Shown: positions 52,733 to 64,000 of the stretch, in pieces
Position numbering within the stretch: the first letter of the stretch is position 1
Layout of the letters: each line of letters opens with the position of its first letter
Source of the DNA: Octopus sinensis
Lineage: Eukaryota
Assembly (NCBI RefSeq): GCF_006345805.1
Contig: NC_042999.1
Coordinates: forward strand, 161,200,001 to 161,264,000
Reading direction: 5' to 3'
Length of the DNA: 64,000 nucleotides
Notes under the pieces: model-generated
What the model saw: the letters and a program-made list of their open reading frames with translations, nothing else
Database searches by the model: none
Told to the model about the DNA's origin: nothing
Position numbers and translations under genes: made by a program

Positions 52733-52967
52733 AACACATAAATGTGAAACAAGGTGGAAAAAAGAGTACTCAAATACCAGTGGTAGAGTAATATGCTTTA
52801 TTTAAAGTAGCAGAAAATTCAACAAAACCTGTTACTCTGAGTTTCCCGTTGCCGTTCATCGGACAGTTTTTGCTAGAATTTCTAGCAAAAACTGTCCGAC
52901 GAACGGCAACGGGAAACTCAGAGTAACAGGTTTTGTTGAATTTTCTGCCGCTTTAAATAAAGCATAT
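52733..52967. repeat. Near-perfect palindrome (88-bp arms) with an HHR-like motif in each arm, embedded in (TA)n
   Basis: Arms 52791-52878 and 52880-52967, centre 52879, 3 mismatches. Right arm reads CCGACGA-ACG GCAA CGG-GAAACTC (52896-52919). Confidence 0.85.
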
Positions 52968-53496
52968 ATATATATATATATATATATAGGAGAGTACGTA
53001 TGTGTGCGTGTGTATATCTGATGCCTTATAAGTATGTCTATCTATCTATCTGTCTATCTATCTATCGATGTGTGTGTGTGTGGTGTAGGGATACACGTAA
53101 AAAGGTCTGGAGATATCCCTTGCCGTATCTCCTCCAGTTCTATGTGCTCAAACTACAACGCCTACGACGTCACTTGTGTCTAGTTGTACCGCTTCATGTC
53201 GGCGGCCTTTCCTTTGAGCAGACCCCGATGGCGTGAAGAGGACAGACTTGAATGCATGGGTAAATGCCAGTCTTCATCAGAAAAATCTTTCCCAGACACT
53301 CTACGTACATATACATAGGCATAGTCAATCGTAAGCAGCAGAGGTCGTCATATAAATTCAGTTAGATTAAGATATGGAAATAGGCTGAATCTGTGCATTG
53401 CTGCGTGTCGTTCGAATAAATACCTGCGTGCTAAGGATCTATAGAATCGTGACTGAACGATTACTGCAAAACAACAAAGACCTATTTCACAAATAT

Positions 53497-53898
53497 AGAG
53501 TGGCTGTGTGGTAAGTAGCTTGTTTACCAACCACATGGTTCCGAGTTCAGTCCCATTGCGTGGCACCTTGGGCAAGTGTCTTCTGCTATAGCCCCGGGCC
53601 GACCAAAGCCTTGTGAGTGGATTTGGTAGACGGAAACTGAAAGAAGCCCGTCGTATATATGTATATATATGCGTGTGTGTGTTTGTGTGTCTGTGTTTGT
53701 CCCCCTAGCATTGCTTGACAACCGATGCTGGTGTGCTTATGTCCCCGTTACTTAGCGGTTCGGTAAAAGAAACCGATAAAAATAAGTACTGGGCTTACAA
53801 AAGAATAAGTCCCGGGGTCGAGTTACTCGATTAAAGGCGGTGCTCCAGCATGGCCGCAGTCAAGTGACTGAAACAAGTAAAAGAGTAAAAGAGTAAAA
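53497..53898 (+). mobile_element. SINE family A
   Basis: Near full-length copy. Confidence 0.9.
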
Positions 53899-55069
53899 GA
53901 CTAAATAGCAAGATAGTGAAAAAAAATGCAATGGCCGCGATATTGTACTCTACTAGGTTAACTATTGTGTGGAATTTATCTAGTATGATCCCAGAACAGA
54001 CTAAAGTAAAGCCAAACACCATTCTTGGTGTTTGGATGATGCCTACATTTTAATGGTAACCGTATACAAACAGTATTTATACTAGCTATATATGTGACAC
54101 TTGATGTATATACACAGTTTATCGACCATTTACTGAGATATTCGTTCCGAGATAACATTTCTTGTGGACGTACTCTGTTAAAAGTACAGTAACTAACGAA
54201 ATGTGGATGGTAGATGAATATCGATGGTCGACAAATAGTGAAGGCAGCAGATGCATTTTAAATGTTTTGAGTCTCCCATAATGATGAGTTCTCCCATCCA
54301 GCCACTTGTTTGGACGAAAATTCGTCGCCTGCCAATATAAAAAACGGTGATGTTGCAAGTAGCCGCTCGGCTGAATAAGAATCCAGAATATGCAACTGAA
54401 GCATCATTTCACTTAAAGAATATGAGCGTTTAAAAGGCGTTTACTGCGGTATTCGCCCTGAAATAACATCTCTTATGGACAACAAACACATCACGGTCAC
54501 TGACAAGGAAAAATGTTGCTATTTCTGGGCCGCTATTTTAATACGTCTCCTGAACAGAAATAAATATATATACAAATTAACATATACAGGTCGAGGGAGA
54601 GAGAGGAAGGAGAGAACGAGTGCAAGAGAGACAGAGTGTTAAAAAGAGAGAGAGGGGGAAGAGAAAGAGGGAGTGAAGAGATAGAGAGTGAAGAGAGAGA
54701 GAGAGAGAAGAGAGAGAGTGAAGAGAGAGAGTGATGAGAGAGAGAGTGAAGAGTGAGAGTGATGAGAGAGAGTGAAGAGAGAGAGAGAGAGAGATTGAGA
54801 GACTGTCTGTATGTCTGTATGTCTGTTGATTATCTCTGAGTGAATAGAGTACCAGACAACCAGCCAAAAGAAAAGCAGTTAGGTGTGCGTGTTTTTGTGC
54901 GCGCGTATGCAGACTCAGGCACACACAGTCATGCATGCACAGACACATGCACAGTGAAGAACGTACACAAACGTACACAGGAACACACACATACGCACAC
55001 ACGCGGACACGCATGCGCGCGCATACACATGAACGCATACACGCAAACATATACTCAGATACATGTCTG

Positions 55070-55481
55070 TCTTTTACTCTTTAACTCTTTTACTTGTTTC
55101 AGTCATTTGACTGCGGCCATGCTGGAGCACCGCTTTTAATCGAACAAATCGACCCCGGGACTTATTCTTTGTAAGCCCAGTACTTATTCTATCGATCTTT
55201 TTTGCCGAACCGCTAAGTGACAGGGACGTAAACACACCAGCATCGATTGTCAAGCAATGCTAGGGGGACAAATAGACACACAAACATATACACACATACA
55301 TATATATATAAATATATATACACATATACGACGGGCTTCTTTCAGTTTCCGTCTACCAAATCCACTCACAAGGCATTGGTCGGCCCGGGGCTATAGCAGA
55401 AGACACTTGCCCAAGGTGCCATGCAGTGGGACTGAACCCGCAACCATGTGGTTGGTTAGCAAGCTACTTACCACACAGCCA
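55070..55481 (-). mobile_element. SINE family A
   Basis: Reverse-complement copy lacking the first bases of the head. Confidence 0.9.
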
Positions 55482-55909
55482 TTCAATTGGCGTATTTCGG
55501 GCATTTTGATTGGGTTTTGGATAGAAAATTCACAAAAAAGTCACTTGTATTGATATTTTAATGGCTTTGCGGGGTGACTGGGGAAAAGTAAAGATATGCG
55601 TGACCACCCTTGGACGGTTTTGAATGACCATAGAAAGTGCGAGCCCTCTAACTGAAAAATTGTGGAATTGTATAAAGGACATTTTGCCGTTTATATATAG
55701 AGCGATTACAGAATACATCGCACACAGGACATCTTCCGCAGCCATCGAACATTTCCATTAGTAAATACACACGCAAATACTCATAGTACCTATACTTATA
55801 CAAATACACACACACAGATATGAATACGTAACATATGTGTGTATGAACGTGTGTGTTTATGTATATGCGTATGTGTGAGCTTGTTCGTAGTTTGTGTGTA
55901 TAAATATAT

Positions 55910-56175
55910 CACCGTGACCGACCAGGCTATCAGATGTTGCTACACATCACTGGTCACAATGCGCTTCGCATTGATTTAGCCTTCAAATGACAAGAGTGAG
56001 AGAAAGTTGTGGCGAAAGAGTACAGCAGGGTTCACTACCACCCACTGCCGGAGCCTCGTGGAACTTTAGGTGTTTTCGCTCAATAAACACTCACAACGCC
56101 CGGTCTGGGAATTGAAACCGTGATCCTACGACCGCGAGTCCGCTTGCCCTACCCACTAGGCCATTGCACCTCCAC
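55910..56175 (-). mobile_element. SINE family C (3' type 2)
   Basis: 12-bp TSD GTATAAATATAT at 55898-55909 and 56176-56187. Confidence 0.9.
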
Positions 56176-56274
56176 GTATAAATATATATGTATGCTTATA
56201 TATACAAATATATGCATATAAACGCACAGTTATTTATACACACACACATGCACAAATGCACACACCCAATCACA

Positions 56275-56676
56275 TTACTCTTTTACTCTTTTACTTGTTT
56301 CAGTCATTTGACTGCTGTCATGCTGGAGCACCGCCTTTAGTTGAGCAAATCGACCTCGGGACTTATTCTTTGTAAGCCCAGTACTTATTCTATCGGTCTC
56401 TTTTGCCGAACCGCTAAGTGACGGGGACGTAAACACACCAGCATCGGTTGTCAAGCAATGCTAGGGGGACACACAAACACACACACATATATTTTTACAT
56501 ATATACATATATACGACAGGCTTCTTTCAGTTTCCGTCTACCAAATCCACTCACAAGGCATTGGTCGGCCTGGGGCTATAGCAGAAGACACTTGCCCAAG
56601 ATGCCACGCAATGGGACTGAACCCGCAACCATGTGGTTGGTTAGCAAGCTACTTACCACACAGCCACTCTTGCGCC
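56275..56676 (-). mobile_element. SINE family A
   Basis: Full-length reverse-complement copy. Confidence 0.9.
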
Positions 56677-57643
56677 TATTACATTATGTATAACTTTTAA
56701 AAATAATTTCAGGTAGATCTCTTTTCCTAATGCTTGTATTCTAACGTCTGTAGTTTACTCAGCTTCTCCCGACTGTTTAAACTCATTCACTCTCATATCT
56801 AGCCGCCATTTCCCAAAATACGTGACGACAGCTCATTCAGATTCTCCTATTGGCGTACATCTTATACATTTGCCAGTTTATCGTGGTAATTGTCTAAGAT
56901 GTTGATTGCATCAGAACAACGATTTTCTCTATAAATATGTCACAATTCGAGAAGAGTTTTTATTTTGAGACGTGGCTACCACTCAGTCATTCACGATTTT
57001 TTTTTAATGTCATTAATTCAGCATAAGAGTGATATGGGAGTTTAGCTACATGTGTAAGTATGAATAAATATTCACACACACACACATACATATGTGTGTG
57101 TGTGTTTGAAAGTGTGTGAAAGGGAGTGAGTGTGTGCGTGCGCGTACGTGTTGTATATATATATGTATATATACATGTATACATATATATAGATATAGAT
57201 ATATATATATACAAGTGTGTAATATATATATATATATATATATAACTGTACATATATATATATGTACAGTTATATATACATGCATATTCCCATATGCTCT
57301 AATATATATATTATATATATATATAGATATATATATATATATATATATATGAGCATAGGTGAATATGCATGTATGTATAGCTATACATATATACGTATAA
57401 ACATGCATCTTACGTCCATTCAGGAATTGTTAATACACATTTCATAAGTGTAATTATATTTCATTTCCATGAATGTATGTATATAGATATGCATAGACAT
57501 TCATATATATGCACACGCGCGCACTCACAGATGCACACAGACATACATATACACACTCATATACTATGCATGTATATAATATATAGAATAGGTATATGTC
57601 TATACATATATATTTACGCGTATATAAGTATATATGTGTGTAC

Positions 57644-57688
<45 letters not shown>

Positions 57689-57836
57689 CATGCATACGCA
57701 TACACATACATGCATACACATTCACATATACTATGCATGTATATAATATATAGAATAGGTATATGTCTATACATATATATTTGCGCGTATATATGTATAT
57801 ATGTGTGTATGTCTATATACACACATACAACATATA

Positions 57837-57878
<42 letters not shown>

Positions 57879-58023
57879 ATATATACCTGCATACGCATTC
57901 TACATATGCACACACAAGCACGTGCACACATTCACATTCACATATACTATGCATGTATATAATATATAGAATATGTATATGTCTATACATATATATGTAT
58001 GTGTATATATGTATATATGTGTG

Positions 58024-58085
<62 letters not shown>

Positions 58086-58750
58086 ATACATATAAACATA
58101 TATATATAACGCGTATATAATAACCATCATACATATGGTTGTAAATCTAGATATATGCAAGTATGCATACCTGCATGCTTACATAACATGCCTACATACA
58201 TATACATAAATACATACATACATGCGCAATGCAATTTAATGAAAAACAAGATACCTAAATACAAGCTTAAATAGAAAGACAATCACAAAATCTCATTTTT
58301 TTCTATTTTCTTTTTGCACTCCTCTGTCTTATAAAAGAAAAAAAATCTTACCGAATTCTTTGATTTGGCTCTTGTAACATAACCCAAACCTTTTAAATAG
58401 ATATTTTGGGAAATTATCTTTAGTTTTCTTTTTTCTTCCTATTTCTCAAATTTCTTTTTAATTCCAGAGGTCTCCATGTAAATCTGGAAAAGTCAGGGAC
58501 TCGTAATAAAATAATGAATAATTGGTTATCGATTAAAGATTATCGTAAAAATCTAGGCTTTATTAAATTCCTATATTCTTTTATTTATTAGATCTTTTCG
58601 CTATTCTTACACAATCACATAAAAATTGTGAGACATTACATGCTCCCTCACCATCTCACACACACATATATATATGTGTTTATAATATATATATATCGCT
58701 GTTCGTGCAAGCATATTATATTTATAAGTATATATATGGTGTATGTGTGC

Positions 58751-58793
<43 letters not shown>

Positions 58794-58910
58794 ATATATA
58801 TATACATAATATATATATACATATATTATATATATATATCTATATATATATAGAGAGAGAGAGAGAGGAGAGAGAGACATACATATTATATATACATATA
58901 CATGTCTATC

Positions 58911-58999
<89 letters not shown>

Positions 59000-59041
59000 G
59001 TCTGTCTGTCTACCTGCCTGTCTGTCTGGTCTATCTAACTA

Positions 59042-59092
<51 letters not shown>

Positions 59093-59998
59093 TTATAATA
59101 AACACGCAAAACTATATTTATCCAATTGAGCTTCGTGGCTCTGTGTACTCTATGTGTGCATGTGTGAGTGTATTGTGCACACACACGCGTATACGTATGT
59201 ATAACTAATACTTATCTAATATATATTTATTATATTCTTATATACACGCATATATATACATATATACTTATATACATATATATACACATATATATACGCA
59301 CACACACACACACTCACACACACACACATATATATATGTATCTATGTATATAAAAATACACTCGTCTATCTCCATCTTTGTTTTCGTTCGGTTTCCTTGT
59401 ATGTCTCCACTGTCCGGTTTTTGTTCCCAACTTTGACCCTCCATAAATCCCAAATTTTATTTTGGTACTTATGGGAGCAACTGTCTTCGAAGACTCATAT
59501 TGTCCTTCAATGCTCGAGATGAGGAGTAGATAGGCCACCGACAAATGATGGCGGAGCCCTTCTTTATGCTACTTGTTCTGTTTTCCATCTGTTTCTCTCG
59601 TTGTTTGCGTATTGAACTCATTTGTTTTCGTATTTCATGTTGTTTGTTTTTGGTGGCGTCCTGTACCCACATATGCATATGTATATGTATGTATATATAT
59701 ATATATATATTATGTGTGTGTGTATATATATCTGTGCATATATATATATATATGTATATGTATATATATATGCATATATATACATATACACATATATACA
59801 TGTTCACACATACACACAAACATATAAGTATCAATATATATATGTTACGTGTCTTTGCATGTATGTATGTATGTATGTATCTATATATATATATATATAG
59901 TAAGTAATTAAGGGTTTAGCAACGATTTGCCTCACCACGCACCGAATTTAGAAATAGCAGTCAAAAAGTTTTGGCTATTCTTTCTACTTAAAAGGGAG

Positions 59999-60383
59999 AT
60001 CCCAGTAAAACTGAAGCACTTAAAAAGCAACCGACGCAGGCAAAAGAGAAAGAAATGACGAAAATCATTCTATATTAAGTCACCTACGGACGTACGTTTC
60101 AGAATTAAGTCATTGAAGAGCATAAAAATTAAATAATTATGTCTTACCTGATTATTTTCCTCCTCAGCGTAGGACTCTTCAATTATAAATAATTGCGTCT
60201 CAATTATTAATATTTGTGTATTAAATTTGAAGGCACTAGAAGACGTCACCTCAACTCATGGTATCAGAGCGAGCGTAAGCCATTACCAGTACCACCAAAT
60301 TCAAAGGGTGAATGAAAGTATGTCACCGTCCCCCTTCCGCCAGCGTGCTGCCAAAATAAGATACTACAGTTTTTTACTGGGAT
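59999..60383. mobile_element. Possible MITE
   Basis: ATCCCAGTAAAACTGAAG (59999-60016) versus reverse complement of CTACAGTTTTTTACTGGGAT (60364-60383). Confidence 0.35.
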
Positions 60384-60406
60384 GAAATACATACTGATAT
60401 ATATAT

Positions 60407-60462
<56 letters not shown>

Positions 60463-61030
60463 TATATATACATATTTTGTGAGTAACAATTTAGCGTTCG
60501 ACGCTGTTGATTTTGTTGCACTTTATAAAATTTACTTCATAAGTCATTCGACGAGAACTTGAGTCGTCCTCTTAATCTTTTGCATTTGCCTCATGATACT
60601 TAATGAAACAATTTGAAGTTTTCTAAATCATTCAACACCCTTTCTAATTTCTTGCTGTATCAATGTCTCTACTTAGTTGTTCTGTTTCTCTTTTGTATTT
60701 GAAAGTGCATACAAACACACACACACACACACACACACACCACACACACACACAAACACACACACACACACATTCAATTGCTATCATCAGCAGAAGATAC
60801 TGCACACACAATTACACTCTCCTGACAAAAGGACTGAAGGAGAGAAAGATTGATGCAATTGTATGTACGTATCTGTGTATGTATATATATTCGTGTGTGT
60901 GTATATGTGTGTGTATGTGAGTGTGTGTGTGTGTGTAAAATATGGGGGTTTAGTTCACAGGTAATCTAAACGAGTAGGTACGCTTGGTGAATGCCGTAAC
61001 GGATTACTTGCGCTCCGAGGTTATAGACGA

Positions 61031-61262
61031 GGCGCGAGCTGGCAGAAACGTTAGCACGCCGGGCGAAATGCTTAGCAGTATTTCGTCTGCCGTTATGTTG
61101 TGAGTTCAAATTCCGCCGAGGTCGACTTTGCCTTTCATCCTTTCGGGGTCGATAAATTAAGCACCAGTTACGCACTGGGGTCGATGTAATCGATTTAATA
61201 CTTATGTCTGTCCTTGTTTGTCCCCTCTGTGTTTAGCCCCTTGTGGGTAATAAAGAAATAGG
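61031..61262 (+). mobile_element. SINE family B
   Basis: Near-identical to 290-518. Confidence 0.88.
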
Positions 61263-61479
61263 TAGTTATAGAGCCAATTTAGATTTCCGATGACGGAATA
61301 TCCCATACTTTGGGATTTCCCAAAGTAAGACTGTAAGACTTTCCTAATTTCCTAATAATAATAATGTATATGACTCGAGATTTTGCCTTGCCTTAACGTT
61401 TGTTGTCTGCTTTAACAATTATACATATATATATGTATGTATAAACACAGACACACACACGTACACATGTATATACATA

Positions 61480-63648
61480 CAGGGCCGGATTTATACGGGG
61501 GTGAAGGGTGTAATTGTTCCGGAGATCTGCTAAATATTGGGGACCCCTGCTAAGAAGGGTTAGGGTTAGGGTTAGCACCCAGTACAGGAAGGAACCCCAC
61601 CTCCCAGCAACCAGACATGAAGAGGCTCTCTTTCAATATACAAAGTTAACTTGACTGCTTAAAAATAACCATAGATTTTTCCACCTTAGAGACACAAATA
61701 AACAGTTTACTACTCAGTTCTAAAGCAGCTACAGTACCCAAGGAAATTGTACCTATTTTTTGGACAGCAACAGAGAAAAAGGAAACAACAGGCCACTCCT
61801 GAAAATGTATGTATTTATGAGTGTATGTGTGTAAGTATGAATGTATATAAAGATAAAGAGATTGAAAGAAAGAAGTTGCGTCTAGATCAAATTCCTTCTT
61901 TCAACGCATGATTGAGCAATGACCTTGGTTTGACCGATTATAGTTAAACACACACATACACGCGCATTTCTACTTCTAAAATTAATTATTTCAGTGAGGC
62001 ATTGAAAACTAGTCTTATTTTATAAAACAAGTAAAGAAATGTGTTCCAAAATTTAAATTTTGAATTTAGTTTTAATTATTAAATTACATCTCTCTATAAC
62101 TAGAAACATTTTTTTTGCTTTAGAATTATTGCATATATGCTCAAATGTTTTTCATTAAATCGAATCTTTTTTCATATTTTTTCCAATATTTTTCGTCATT
62201 CTGTCAAACACTTGGAATTACAATATGGTAGGACAAAATTGGCAACTGGGTCAAAATGAATAATTTCTGATTTCTTGTTATTTTCTCTCTACCTGTTTGA
62301 AACCATTACATTGCAATTATTGCATCCCCATTTTGTACCATTACATCATCTTTGGGAGTAAAAATTGGTCAGTATTGTTTACATAGTTGTTGAATTTGCG
62401 AGTTTGAAACAAAGGTGACAGGTACATTTTTTCCAGAAATATTTCCTCAAATTTGACCCTATTGCAATTGGGGTTGCTGATAAAATATCTTGATAATTTT
62501 TGGTGTTTAACCATCAATATTTTCTTTCTCTGTTGGATTCTACATAAATTTATTTTCCAAACTAATATCTAATTTGATAATCAAGTTTAAAAAAAAAAAT
62601 GTTTAAATTGAGGCAAAAGGAGTAATGATTAATTTTAGTAACTACTTCTCTTTAACTGCATGGTGCATAAATATATATGGAAGAAAACCACTCCAGCAGA
62701 TGATGAAGAAGCTGTAGAGAATATTCCATTTTGAGATTTTAGATTTTGTTGAGTTTCATTAATTTCATATCATGTGCTACTTTTCCATAGTCCTCTCATT
62801 TGACCAAGTGATTATAAATCTTAGCTGCATTTCTGATGTCTAAGAATAGATGTTTATGTGTATGAGTCGTTTTTCAAATGTAATTCTGAAGAACTCGAAA
62901 TACAAATTTTCATTATCTAATCTTACTCATTTTGCCACCCACCCCACCTCCTAAATTTGTCTTTTATATCCTCAAAGAAGACAGTGATAAATTTTCCGAA
63001 ATAGTGTTCTGAATATTTTATAGGTTTTACTATGTTTAGAGAAGGTCTTTACTTTGCTGATATAGTTTTGGCAAGGCATTGAACATTTTCAAAACATATA
63101 CTTTCTTCAAAGTCAAAAATGCAGTAAATATTACTCATTGTTCCCCGCCTACCCCTTATGGAAAAGCAGACTTTTGGAAATGACCCGTTTGAATCGCCTC
63201 GTTTTTTGTCGGGATGTACCCCACCCCACCCCACCCTTTTATTTTCACGCATTTCAAAACAATGAAGGGAAGCTGTTTTAAAAGAAGTTTTAAAACACAT
63301 GTCTTTTAAATGTTGGTGTCTCCACCCACCCCTCACATACACATACACACACACACTCATCGTGCCTTTGGAACAGCAACAACCACAACAATGATTTTTT
63401 TTCTTCTTGTTCGTAATTTTCTGTCATTTTATTTTATTTCGAAACATTTTTGACTCACATTAAAAGAAAAAATCTTGCTTCCTCTTCCCTCCTTCACTGT
63501 ACTTTTTACAATGAAGGAAAAGTCAAACACCGCAAGTGAATGCGTGGAAAAGGAAATTTGAATTTTGAAAAATGCGTCTATAAATTTCGTACTTGAAGTA
63601 CTCGAACTTGAAGTGCCCCGAAACCCCCATGGTGTAAATCCGGTCCTG
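61480..63648. mobile_element. hAT-type non-autonomous DNA transposon, 2.17 kb
   Basis: TIRs CAGGGCCGGATTTA and TAAATCCGGTCCTG; 8-bp TSD TATACATA/TATACATG (7/8); no intact ORF. Confidence 0.85.
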
Positions 63649-63658
63649 TATACATGTA

Positions 63659-63807
63659 TGTGGTAAGTAGCTTGCTAACCAACCACATGGTTCCGTGTTC
63701 AGTCCCACTGCGTGGCACCTTGGGCAAGTGTCTTCTACTATAGCCTCGGGCCGACCAATGCCTTGTGAGTGGATTTGGTAGACGGAAACTGAAAGAAGCC
63801 CGTCGTA

Positions 63808-63872
<65 letters not shown>

Positions 63873-64000
63873 TATATATATATGTATGCGTGTGTGTGTT
63901 TGTGTGTCTGTGTTTGTCTCCCTAGCATTGCTTGACAACCGATGCTGGTGTGTTTATGTCCCCGTTACTTTGCGGTTCTGCAAAAGAGACCGATAGAATA
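63659..64000 (+). mobile_element. SINE family A, 5'-truncated and cut by the window end
   Basis: Family A body directly after the hAT TSD. Confidence 0.9.

Noticed and set aside
53250-53285. Minus-strand CTGATGA followed by an AGACT/AGTCT stem
   Set aside because: No GAAA or cleavage triplet follows, so it is not a hammerhead. The same applies to CTGATGA at about 3375, 17049 and 43112.

Overview
Eukaryotic, AT-rich, extremely repeat-dense DNA. The SINE families and microsatellite load point to an Octopus genome (inference). I can support only one host gene piece: the terminal coding exon (22133-22311, +) of a Gfi1/Gfi1b/senseless/PAG-3 C2H2 zinc-finger transcription factor. I found no upstream exon by eye, so the first 22 kb is probably one large intron. 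The rest is microsatellite and mobile DNA: three tRNA-derived SINE families (over 30 copies), a full-length decayed mariner, a Tigger/pogo relic carrying a nested hAT MITE and SINE, a 2.2-kb hAT element, Helitron/HINE-like elements, MITEs, RTE, CR1 and R4-like LINE fragments, and two Penelope-like (PLE) relics. Most ORF-track entries are microsatellite translations. The main unexplained signal is a set of hammerhead-ribozyme (HHR) motifs in small, ORF-less, fold-back repeats. One at 45482-45550 has a complete consensus core but sits in a 190-bp-arm hairpin that would lock it, and its end plus flank appears re-copied 2.5 kb away. No CRISPR, rRNA or genuine tRNA genes were seen. All alignments were done by eye, so boundaries of decayed elements are approximate.
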